The notes under the pieces were generated by a model, which was not told the DNA's origin, did not search any database, and saw only the letters and a list, made by a program, of their open reading frames with translations. From positions 1-30,739 of IMG/VR virus record IMGVR_UViG_3300025358_000031: a stretch of DNA of 30,739 nt. One strand, 5' to 3'. Positions 1 to 6,805 of this stretch are shown here, one piece after another. A program made the translations under genes and the position numbers. Source of the DNA: a virus (Duplodnaviria; Caudoviricetes). The number at the start of each line of letters is the position of its first letter. Positions within the stretch are counted from its first letter, which is position 1.

Positions 1-3
1 ATT

Positions 4-234
4 TTAAGCAATTAATTCCTCCGCTGTTATTGTATGTCCTACATAACGGTGCTTGATTACATAATCTCTTACGTATTCAGGACCATTCTGTCTTCCCGCC
101 AAGATAATAACCCAGCGTGGCTCAAACTTTAGTTCAATACAGCTGGCACACAAAAACAAAGTAGTTCCTTGAATCAACGCTGATTTGGTTGGCTCTAGAT
201 TAGCCTTTTGCTTATTGCAAGAGTAACAGTTCAT
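4..234 (-). CDS. hypothetical protein with two CxxC pairs (zinc-binding)
   Basis: ORF with CYSC and CASC; overlaps the upstream stop (ATGA) in a co-directional gene run. Confidence 0.7.
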   Translation of the reverse strand: MNCYSCNKQKANLEPTKSALIQGTTLFLCASCIELKFEPRWVIILAGRQNGPEYVRDYVIKHRYVGHTITAEELIA

Positions 235-446
235 TCAGTTTCTTCCGTTTCATCAATATATCCGACACCAATTTCATCTACCACGATATACTCATCATTT
301 GGTATCTCAATTGTGTATTTAATTCCGCCATCATAATATTCAATTAGTGATGACCAAGCACCATACTGAACAATAGTTCCGTATATACCCTCGTCTGGGA
401 TATAAACAAACTCTATTGTATCCTCATGATCCTCATTGTTTGCCAT
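231..446 (-). CDS. acidic hypothetical protein
   Basis: Start moved to MANNED (ATG at 446), which has AGGAG upstream and only a short overlap with the upstream gene. Confidence 0.65.
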   Translation of the reverse strand: MANNEDHEDTIEFVYIPDEGIYGTIVQYGAWSSLIEYYDGGIKYTIEIPNDEYIVVDEIGVGYIDETEETE

Positions 447-687
447 TGGATGCAACTCCTTCTATCTCACACGCAGTACCATATGAAATAATAAGTTGTC
501 TTAGCAACAACAAGTATTCCATCAACTGCATTCTTTGACTTTCGTTATACTCCATGACATTTTCTTCATACACGGTTAAAGCAAGATAATTAGGTCTTGC
601 TCTTACATCTAGCTTGAGATTTTTTACAGGACATTTTACTTCCCGTATTTTCTTAGCCATCTCAACCGTGTATTTTATTTTTGCCAT
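433..687 (-). CDS. hypothetical protein
   Basis: 84-aa ORF with short overlaps to both neighbours. Confidence 0.7.
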   Translation of the reverse strand: MAKIKYTVEMAKKIREVKCPVKNLKLDVRARPNYLALTVYEENVMEYNESQRMQLMEYLLLLRQLIISYGTACEIEGVASNGKQ

Positions 688-1000
688 GAATACTCTTTAG
701 TCTTTTCCAGATTTCAGCAGTCTTATGGGAATTATGTTGTTTATCTGGTCTACCAAGATCCATATAAACCCCGCCCCATACACCCTTTTCTTTATTCTTA
801 ACGCCTTGTTCGTAACAAATCTTAATAACAGGACATGACAAACACATCTCGTCAACTTGTTTTGCAGCTTCTTTATCAGCTTCATACAAGTCATAAAACC
901 AGTCAAAGTCTGGTCTAGTTGTCATGCCGTTGCATACAGCAAGGTGATACCATTGAAGGTCTTCCTTGTCTATGCCTAAGAAATTATACGAACTTGGCAT
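662..1000 (-). CDS. whiB: WhiB-family Fe-S transcription factor
   Basis: W..LAVC, then C-x2-C-x5-C (CLSCPVIKIC) and the GVWGG turn characteristic of WhiB. Confidence 0.9.
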   Translation of the reverse strand: MPSSYNFLGIDKEDLQWYHLAVCNGMTTRPDFDWFYDLYEADKEAAKQVDEMCLSCPVIKICYEQGVKNKEKGVWGGVYMDLGRPDKQHNSHKTAEIWKRLKSIHGKNKIHG

Positions 1001-1214
1001 ACTTCTCGCTTAGTTCCCAAGTGCCATTTGACTTCAATTCATAACGATTTGAATATCCCCACTTATTATTTCTATACAAACCATTTGGTTGCATAAAGCC
1101 GTTGTTGCTTGGAGACCATTTTACAATAGTCCAGCCATCCCAAAAGAAACCTTGAGACTTATTCTTTTCTACAAAATTGTGTGCTTCAGTGTAATCTAAT
1201 GTTATCTTAGCCAT
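984..1214 (-). CDS. hypothetical protein (aromatic-rich)
   Basis: 76-aa ORF with GGAG SD, coupled to groES. Confidence 0.7.
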   Translation of the reverse strand: MAKITLDYTEAHNFVEKNKSQGFFWDGWTIVKWSPSNNGFMQPNGLYRNNKWGYSNRYELKSNGTWELSEKYAKFV

Positions 1215-1512
1215 TGTTTTCTACTCCAAATAGTTGACGCCAGTTTACAAACTTATATTTTTCGCCTTGATTATCTTCAATCTCTGTTGCATTGCCTTCA
1301 TTGTAAATTACAATTTGACCAATTTCTAGTGGGATTGTGTGATTTTTTCCTTCTTGATCCCGCTCGCCTGGTCCTAGATTAATGATTTCTCCACGCTTTA
1401 GCTCTGAATCTTGAAATGTTGCTGCGATAACTAAACCAGACTTGGTACGCTTGTCCTGTTGCTCTATTTCTTTAACTAGAACAAGTCCGCCTAGTGGTTC
1501 AATATTTGTCAT
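1207..1512 (-). CDS. groES: GroES-like co-chaperonin (Cpn10)
   Basis: IEPLGGLVLVK...TKSGLVI...GEIINLGPG...LEIGQIV matches the Cpn10 pattern; AAAGGA SD. Confidence 0.9.
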   Translation of the reverse strand: MTNIEPLGGLVLVKEIEQQDKRTKSGLVIAATFQDSELKRGEIINLGPGERDQEGKNHTIPLEIGQIVIYNEGNATEIEDNQGEKYKFVNWRQLFGVENNG

Positions 1513-1544
1513 TGATTTCCTTTGTTAGTAGGGATATTTATACT

Positions 1545-1574
1545 ATTGTATCAGTTTTACAAGGGCTATGTCAA
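1545..1574 (-). promoter_or_regulatory. sigma70/SigA-type promoter for the groES-whiB unit
   Basis: TTGACA-N18-TACAAT with TG extension. Confidence 0.75.
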
Positions 1575-1576
1575 GC

Positions 1577-1945
1577 TTATTCTTTAATATATCTGAAAGG
1601 AATTTGATATGTTTCAAGAAGCTTAACACATTGTCTGTTTCTGGGGCAATCCCCGAAAACAAGAGCAAAGTCAGGCATAGATTCAATCATTGTAACATCA
1701 GAGTATGATGTACGATCTCTAACTAATTCTTCTTTGATTCTATATCCTTTTTGTCTCAGAAATCTTTCGGTTTTGCCTATGTATTCCGTAACCATATTTT
1801 CAGCACCTTGCAAACCCTTATGTACAAAAATATACTCTGTATCATCAGGATAAAAATGCTTACGGTCATCAATTAATACTGTAAGTTGACGGATTAAATC
1901 ATTATAATCCCGCCAATTTTTGTCTCCAAAAATTAATACTCTCAT
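1577..1945 (-). CDS. SLOG/YspA (DUF2493)-like protein
   Basis: MRVLIFGDKNWRD...FVHKGLQGAE...MIESMPDFALVF resembles the DUF2493/YspA-SLOG pattern. Confidence 0.6.
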   Translation of the reverse strand: MRVLIFGDKNWRDYNDLIRQLTVLIDDRKHFYPDDTEYIFVHKGLQGAENMVTEYIGKTERFLRQKGYRIKEELVRDRTSYSDVTMIESMPDFALVFGDCPRNRQCVKLLETYQIPFRYIKE

Positions 1946-1964
1946 GTTTTCCTTTCTAAATACA

Positions 1965-1987
1965 CAAGGACGGGGTTACCGTCCTTG
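1965..1987. terminator. perfect 9-bp inverted repeat; terminator or RNA-stabilising hairpin
   Basis: CAAGGACGG-GGTTA-CCGTCCTTG in an intergenic gap; U-tract is weak. Confidence 0.55.
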
Positions 1988-2014
1988 CATACATATATAC
2001 GTATATACAATATA

Positions 2015-2830
2015 TTACTTGAGATTGATTGGTGCGAAAGCTCCACCCCATACTGACTTCTTAATTTCAGTTTGTGGTTCTACTTGTGCATCAACTGACT
2101 TTTCTACAGTCTCATCATCTGCTGATGTTTCTGATACTTCATCTTCTGCTGCTGCCTTTTCAACCTTGTCATCTTCCTTAGCTTCGTCAGCCTTATCCAT
2201 GTTGCACATGTGCATAACTGCTTGATTGCAATCTGGGCAAGTCATTCCAGCCTTGTAGATTCCTGCACCATTTGTTGATACATCTGGCACGTTGTGTGGA
2301 GCTGCTGATGGAGAAACGTCACCCTCTGGGCGAGTTTCTTGATCAATAATTGCAACTGCATCTGGACGAGTTGCATTAGGAAGATCCTTTTGTACTGCGA
2401 TTGTTCCCTGTGGATCTGGTTCTGTTGTATTTGACACTATGTTACCTCCTATTCCATTTGTTGTATTTGATATCATTTGATCTGTGTTAGCACTTTGTCT
2501 AACATAGTTCTCAACGGTTCTCTCATCCCGCTCTTGGTCTACTGAAGAAGAGGTTCCGATTGCCTTTTCAAAAGCATCTTTAACATCATCAATAAACTTA
2601 GTAATGCTCCATTCTTCTGGAAGCATCTTTGTTGCACCTAAAGCACGTGCTCTAGAAATTATATGAGCTTTTGCTTTAGCATAATCTTTTGCACGACCTA
2701 TAGCTTGAATGGCGTTATGTAAGTCAGTTGTATTTTCAATAGGAAAAGAACCGTCTGGCATAGCGTGACCTTTGTCAGCTAATTCCTTACGCTTCTTGTC
2801 AGAGAATTCTCTTTTTTCTACAAAATCCAT
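2015..2830 (-). CDS. putative virion/head-associated protein with an N-terminal 'AMPDGSFPI' (DUF6582-like) domain and acidic low-complexity tail
   Basis: KRKELADKGHAMPDGSFPIEN..DL..AIQAIGRA domain, repeated hydrophobic-x-K sites and C-terminal WGGAFAP. Confidence 0.65.
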   Translation of the reverse strand: MDFVEKREFSDKKRKELADKGHAMPDGSFPIENTTDLHNAIQAIGRAKDYAKAKAHIISRARALGATKMLPEEWSITKFIDDVKDAFEKAIGTSSSVDQERDERTVENYVRQSANTDQMISNTTNGIGGNIVSNTTEPDPQGTIAVQKDLPNATRPDAVAIIDQETRPEGDVSPSAAPHNVPDVSTNGAGIYKAGMTCPDCNQAVMHMCNMDKADEAKEDDKVEKAAAEDEVSETSADDETVEKSVDAQVEPQTEIKKSVWGGAFAPINLK

Positions 2831-2831
2831 C

Positions 2832-3068
2832 TTACTTTGACCCCGCCTCTGTAGTCGTGATGTTCCCTCCAGCGTATTGTGGAGTGGTCATTGAAACATC
2901 ACGCCCCGTGAAAGGGCTTCCGACGTTCACTGTACCTGGGTTGTTAACACCTAGATCTGTCTTTGCATCAGAACGAAGACCTGCTTCTGGTCCTGCTTGC
3001 TCGGTTACTGGTGTTGCTGAAGCTGGTTGTTGAATGCCACCCTCAGTTCCTTGTTGGTTGTTATCCAT
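2832..3068 (-). CDS. low-complexity G/T/P/Q-rich hypothetical protein
   Basis: 78-aa ORF with AAGGTGGTG SD; ends 1 nt before the next start. Confidence 0.7.
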   Translation of the reverse strand: MDNNQQGTEGGIQQPASATPVTEQAGPEAGLRSDAKTDLGVNNPGTVNVGSPFTGRDVSMTTPQYAGGNITTTEAGSK

Positions 3069-3097
3069 ATTTAAATCACCACCTTATTTGTATTAGT

Positions 3098-3424
3098 TTA
3101 GAATTCTTCTTCATCAAAAGCATCCATGTCAAATCCAGCTTGAATAAGAGCATTTCTACCTTCTTCAGATACTGCAATTTGAGCGTTTAGATCTTCATCA
3201 TAAGAGACTTCAATCAAACCCTTTTGATACAAATCAAGTAAAACTTGGTCCATATCATCTAGCATTGCTTGATGTAGCTCTGGCATAACCTCTTCCAGAA
3301 TCTCCATGTCAAACTTATAAATTGGTTCCCCGTCATCTGCTATCCCGTCAAGAGTTGCTGCACCTTCTGATACCAGATAGTTCATCAATTCTTGATGCTC
3401 TTCATTTGTAGGGTCGTATTCCAA
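3098..3424 (-). CDS. acidic hypothetical protein (possible winged helix)
   Basis: TTG start after GAGG; LLDLYQKGLIEV segment; TATAAT at 3445-3450. Confidence 0.7.
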   Translation of the reverse strand: MEYDPTNEEHQELMNYLVSEGAATLDGIADDGEPIYKFDMEILEEVMPELHQAMLDDMDQVLLDLYQKGLIEVSYDEDLNAQIAVSEEGRNALIQAGFDMDAFDEEEF

Positions 3425-3459
3425 TTTACCACTTCCTCGGTACTATTATACATCAGTTG

Positions 3460-3532
3460 TGCCCCTAGCAGGAATTGAACCTGCGACACATGGCTTAGAA
3501 GTCCATTGTTCTATCCACTGAACTACAGGGGC
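3460..3532 (-). tRNA. tRNA-Arg(UCU)
   Basis: GCCCCTG/TAGGGGC acceptor stem, anticodon loop CTTCTAA, T-arm GGTTCAATTCC; CCA not encoded. Confidence 0.9.
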
Positions 3533-3537
3533 AAATA

Positions 3538-3562
3538 CAAAAGGTCACTTGCGTGACCCTTG
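3538..3562 (-). terminator. hairpin/terminator downstream of dps
   Basis: AGGGTCAC-GCAA-GTGACCTT followed by TTG on the minus strand. Confidence 0.6.
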
Positions 3563-3579
3563 TAATATCTTATATCAGT

Positions 3580-3609
3580 ATTATACTAGTTCTGTAGGGT
3601 TGCTGTCAA
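3580..3609 (-). promoter_or_regulatory. consensus promoter overlapping the 3' end of dps and facing tRNA-Arg
   Basis: TTGACA-N18-TATAAT, both hexamers perfect. Confidence 0.75.
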
Positions 3610-4038
3610 TTGCCACTGCCAGAATTTATGTGCCTCTTGACGTCCCGCAATAAAGTTACAAATTCCTTGTTCATCTAATGCGTTGGCAACATCGTATGTG
3701 TGCTTTAGCTGATCCATCACAATATAATTAGTGTTAACTAATTCTTGAATCATTTGACGGGCATTAAGATTTTCTGAATCATTAATCTCTAACTCAGGAC
3801 TAAGCTCTGTCCAAGACTTTAAGCCAAATGGAGCTTTTGCACCCAACTTTCTGATATTCTCTGCAATTGGATCAATAGACTCATATAGGTCTTTGTAAAT
3901 CTTTAGAAAAAACTTGTGATATTGTGGAAAATTCTCACCTTCAACATTCCAGTGATACCCATGTGCTTGAACATAATGCTTAACCACCATTGATTTTAGC
4001 ACTTTTAGCTCTTGGATTAAATCTTCATTTGTCGCCAT
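3586..4038 (-). CDS. dps: Dps / ferritin-like DNA protection protein
   Basis: HGYHWNVEGENF..YHKFF...IDPIAENIRKLG...HKFWQW is the Dps ferroxidase signature. Confidence 0.92.
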   Translation of the reverse strand: MATNEDLIQELKVLKSMVVKHYVQAHGYHWNVEGENFPQYHKFFLKIYKDLYESIDPIAENIRKLGAKAPFGLKSWTELSPELEINDSENLNARQMIQELVNTNYIVMDQLKHTYDVANALDEQGICNFIAGRQEAHKFWQWQLTATLQN

Positions 4039-4339
4039 TTTTTAGATTCCTTATCTCTTGGATTTGTTGATCCTCATGACGCATCATTTCTATCAAAATA
4101 TCTTCGTCCTTTTTATTTGGATCATTGTGTGTATACAAAGCCTGAACAGTTTTCTTATCTTCCATTCTTTGTGCACCCTCGCCCATCATTATGAATAACA
4201 TAGCAATTGGGATTAAAATACCAACTGGAATATCTGGCCAATATTTCATTGCATTTAGACTTAAAGCAGATAGATACCCAGTTATTCTAGCAGGGTACTT
4301 CTGTATATAAAATGATAAATTAGACCAAAATTTTCTCAT
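4025..4339 (-). CDS. small membrane protein (possible holin-like)
   Basis: Two hydrophobic segments followed by a charged C-terminus. Confidence 0.6.
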   Translation of the reverse strand: MRKFWSNLSFYIQKYPARITGYLSALSLNAMKYWPDIPVGILIPIAMLFIMMGEGAQRMEDKKTVQALYTHNDPNKKDEDILIEMMRHEDQQIQEIRNLKNGDK

Positions 4340-4353
4340 GGTTTAATTATACA

Positions 4354-4485
4354 TTACTTTGATACTTTAGCGTATCCCGTCTTTTTCTTATTCATTGAGC
4401 CTGGCTTCTTTGTGCCTGGTTCCATATTCTTAATGCGAATTTCTAAGGCTTTCTTAATCTTTTCTTGGTTATGCTTGCTTCCCAT
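4354..4485 (-). CDS. small Lys-rich basic protein, 43 aa (not in ORF track)
   Basis: MGSKHNQEKIKKALEIRIKNMEPGTKKPGSMNKKKTGYAKVSK; AAAGGA SD 5 nt upstream; fills the intergenic gap. Confidence 0.65.
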   Translation of the reverse strand: MGSKHNQEKIKKALEIRIKNMEPGTKKPGSMNKKKTGYAKVSK

Positions 4486-4502
4486 ATTTATCCTTTGTTA
4501 GA

Positions 4503-4528
4503 AACCCCGCCCAGTACGAGCGGGGTCC
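4503..4528 (-). terminator. GC-rich hairpin downstream of hsp20
   Basis: ACCCCGCUCG-UAC-UGGGCGGGGU followed by UUC. Confidence 0.6.
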
Positions 4529-4532
4529 TTTA

Positions 4533-4562
4533 ATTATACCTTACTTGATCTTGATTTGTCTA
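4533..4562 (-). promoter_or_regulatory. promoter at the 3' end of hsp20
   Basis: TAGACA-N18-TATAAT. Confidence 0.55.
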
Positions 4563-4978
4563 GGCTTAGCCTCGTCTGGAATTTCCCGTTCAATTTTGAC
4601 GGAAAGCAATCCATTTTCAAGTGAAGCAGACTTAACAATCATATACTCACCAAGGGTGAATGTCTGTGTGAAATTACGTCCAGCAATACCCTTGTGTAGG
4701 TAATCTGCTTTATCATCATTTTCACGTTCACTCTTGATAATCAATGTGTCTTTATCTACTGTTACATCAATATCTTCACGCTCATATCCCGCAACTGCTA
4801 ACTCAACAACATAGTTGTCTGAGTCAATCTTTTTTACGTTATATGGGGGGAATGAAGATGTTGTCTTCTTATTTGTTTCCCACCGTACAAATTGATCATT
4901 AAAACCTAGGAAAAACGGGTCATTAAAAATGGCTTCAATTTGTGCAAATGGATTTGTTTTATATGTTAGGTTTGTCAT
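4541..4978 (-). CDS. small heat-shock protein (Hsp20/IbpA family)
   Basis: FPPYNV..., ELAVAG, YLHKGIAGRNF..TFTL, ASLENGLL, C-terminal KPRQIKI (IxI motif). Confidence 0.95.
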   Translation of the reverse strand: MTNLTYKTNPFAQIEAIFNDPFFLGFNDQFVRWETNKKTTSSFPPYNVKKIDSDNYVVELAVAGYEREDIDVTVDKDTLIIKSERENDDKADYLHKGIAGRNFTQTFTLGEYMIVKSASLENGLLSVKIEREIPDEAKPRQIKIK

Positions 4979-5031
4979 ACTTAGCTCCTTTTCAGCAAGT
5001 TAGTTAAATTCAGGACCCCGAAGGCATCCTG
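4979..5031 (-). promoter_or_regulatory. structured hsp20 5' UTR; ROSE-like RNA thermometer candidate
   Basis: UUCG-capped 5' hairpin, then CUUGCU-GAAA-AGGAG hairpin that sequesters the SD with a bulged G. Confidence 0.65.
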
Positions 5032-5038
5032 TGTATAT

Positions 5039-5068
5039 ATTATATCAAAAATGCTAGTTTATTGTCAA
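5039..5068 (-). promoter_or_regulatory. consensus promoter for hsp20
   Basis: TTGACA-N18-TATAAT with TG extension. Confidence 0.8.
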
Positions 5069-5743
5069 CCCGCCATTTTGCCAAAACTCAAGGGTTTTAT
5101 CTCTTGCTTCTTGATGTATATTCCTGTGGCCTGGGTTTACATCTGCTTGTGTTTCAAGGCTTATAGTAAATAATGGAGCCGAATATGAATCATAGTTTCT
5201 ATATAGAAAATGATCTGCCAAAGGGTTGTCTGGTAAATCATATTTTCCATCTAAGTTTATCAAATCTTTAGTAACTTTTTCAGCAAGTTTTCTACTTACA
5301 AGATATATGCCATTACCAAAATCATTAGTATTCCATTTATGGATAGAAGAATCCATACCAGAATTTATAATAGAAAGTTGAAAAAGATCATAATCAAAAT
5401 CAATATTATTAATAAATTCTTGCCATGTGAACTTCCAATATTCTACTGTTTCAAAAGAAAGGTCATCTTCCATAATAATTGCATATTGTGTGTCACTTGT
5501 TTCATACCAATGCTTTATTGTTTTTAGATGTGACAAGGTACATGCAAGTTCATTATTTCTTATTGAATGTGGTCTAGTGACATACTGCATTAAATCTTCC
5601 GTGCTTCCATCAATAGCTTCAATAATTGTGTAACCTTTTACATTATATTTTTCAAAATTTTTAATGCAATTAGCAAGTCTATCTGGTCTTCTTTTTAAAT
5701 TTATTAAATAGACTGGACCAAAATTATCAAGCTTGTTTGACAT
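5054..5743 (-). CDS. glycosyltransferase family 25
   Basis: YLINLKRRPDR, EAIDG, ELACTLSH, IIMEDD motifs. Confidence 0.88.
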   Translation of the reverse strand: MSNKLDNFGPVYLINLKRRPDRLANCIKNFEKYNVKGYTIIEAIDGSTEDLMQYVTRPHSIRNNELACTLSHLKTIKHWYETSDTQYAIIMEDDLSFETVEYWKFTWQEFINNIDFDYDLFQLSIINSGMDSSIHKWNTNDFGNGIYLVSRKLAEKVTKDLINLDGKYDLPDNPLADHFLYRNYDSYSAPLFTISLETQADVNPGHRNIHQEARDKTLEFWQNGGLTIN

Positions 5744-6156
5744 TATTGATTGCTACGACCTTTAGGGCTAGAAGAATTACCGTAACCTACATTTGGTTTA
5801 CCATCATTTTGTGGAGGAGAGTTGTATGTAGATTTCCATCCATTGTCCCCGCCCTGCAACCCAAGAACTGGTGCGAAAGATCCGTTCCAAAAATTCAATG
5901 AACCAATACCTTCTTGTTCATTTTGCTTAGTTTGATCACCCTTGGTCAAATCTGGTTCATTTACTGCTATAGCATCCATGGCTGCTTGGGCATGTTCTTT
6001 GGTTGTATAGCAACCAATAACTTGTCCCGATCCAGCTTTCAGTACAGCATATCCACCCTGACAATCGGGTACATTAAACTCAATTTTAAATCCTGGTCCA
6101 CCAGAGAGCCGTTCTGCTCCCGCTGATTCTTTTTTAATTTTTGTACTTCCCTCCAC
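5743..6156 (-). CDS. hypothetical protein; start uncertain (GTG 6156, ATG 6192/6213, or frameshift fusion with the upstream ORF)
   Basis: PDCQGGYAVLK..GQVIGCYTTKEHA.A domain plus WNGSFAP motif; no clean ATG with SD. Confidence 0.65.
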   Translation of the reverse strand: MEGSTKIKKESAGAERLSGGPGFKIEFNVPDCQGGYAVLKAGSGQVIGCYTTKEHAQAAMDAIAVNEPDLTKGDQTKQNEQEGIGSLNFWNGSFAPVLGLQGGDNGWKSTYNSPPQNDGKPNVGYGNSSSPKGRSNQ

Positions 6157-6805
6157 GGCGTTTGTATTCTTGAACAACCCAACCGTTAGCATATGCCGAA
6201 GGATATACATCAAACTTTTTCTTTGCTGCAGCTACAACTCTTGCATACAAATCTTTATCTGCTGGCTCACCTTTTCTATGTGAAATAACATCTTTATATT
6301 TGTCATTCTTTTTTTCAATTACAGAATCAAATGTTGGTGAAAATGCTCCAGCCCAAATTTCTTTTTCAACTTTATTTTCTCTTTCTACAATAGCACGAGA
6401 CCACGCATATCCTGCATCCCCGCCCCATGCATACCACATTACCTTGCCATGTGATGGCTTATCCCATTCCTTGCCCTTTTTATCAACTTCATGGCGGGAA
6501 AAGAAAGAATACATACGCTTTACAGTGTCAAGAGACAATGATTCACCATTTACAATCTGATGTGCACGGGTCCAACCAACGTTAGTTCCTGCACCATTTG
6601 CTTTGCCTTCTTCTTTCCATTTAATGGCTTTTGCTGCTGCAGATTTCATTCCTGCTGTTGGCTTATATCCGCCATCTGCTTTTACAATTTCTTCATTCAT
6701 TTCTTTATCCCCTTGATTTTCTTTAACATTTCTATCAATTATAACATGATCAACTCCAGGCATGTTGCAGCCACAAGTCATGCATTTATTTATATTATCT
6801 GACAT
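6134..6805 (-). CDS. putative virion-associated multidomain protein
   Basis: PTAGMK..A..AIKW...GT.VGW.RA.QI...LSLDTVKRMYSFFSRH...AWGGDAG domain plus a C-terminal YPSAYANGW..QEYKRRGGKY (DUF5872-like) domain. Confidence 0.75.
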   Translation of the reverse strand: MSDNINKCMTCGCNMPGVDHVIIDRNVKENQGDKEMNEEIVKADGGYKPTAGMKSAAAKAIKWKEEGKANGAGTNVGWTRAHQIVNGESLSLDTVKRMYSFFSRHEVDKKGKEWDKPSHGKVMWYAWGGDAGYAWSRAIVERENKVEKEIWAGAFSPTFDSVIEKKNDKYKDVISHRKGEPADKDLYARVVAAAKKKFDVYPSAYANGWVVQEYKRRGGKYKN

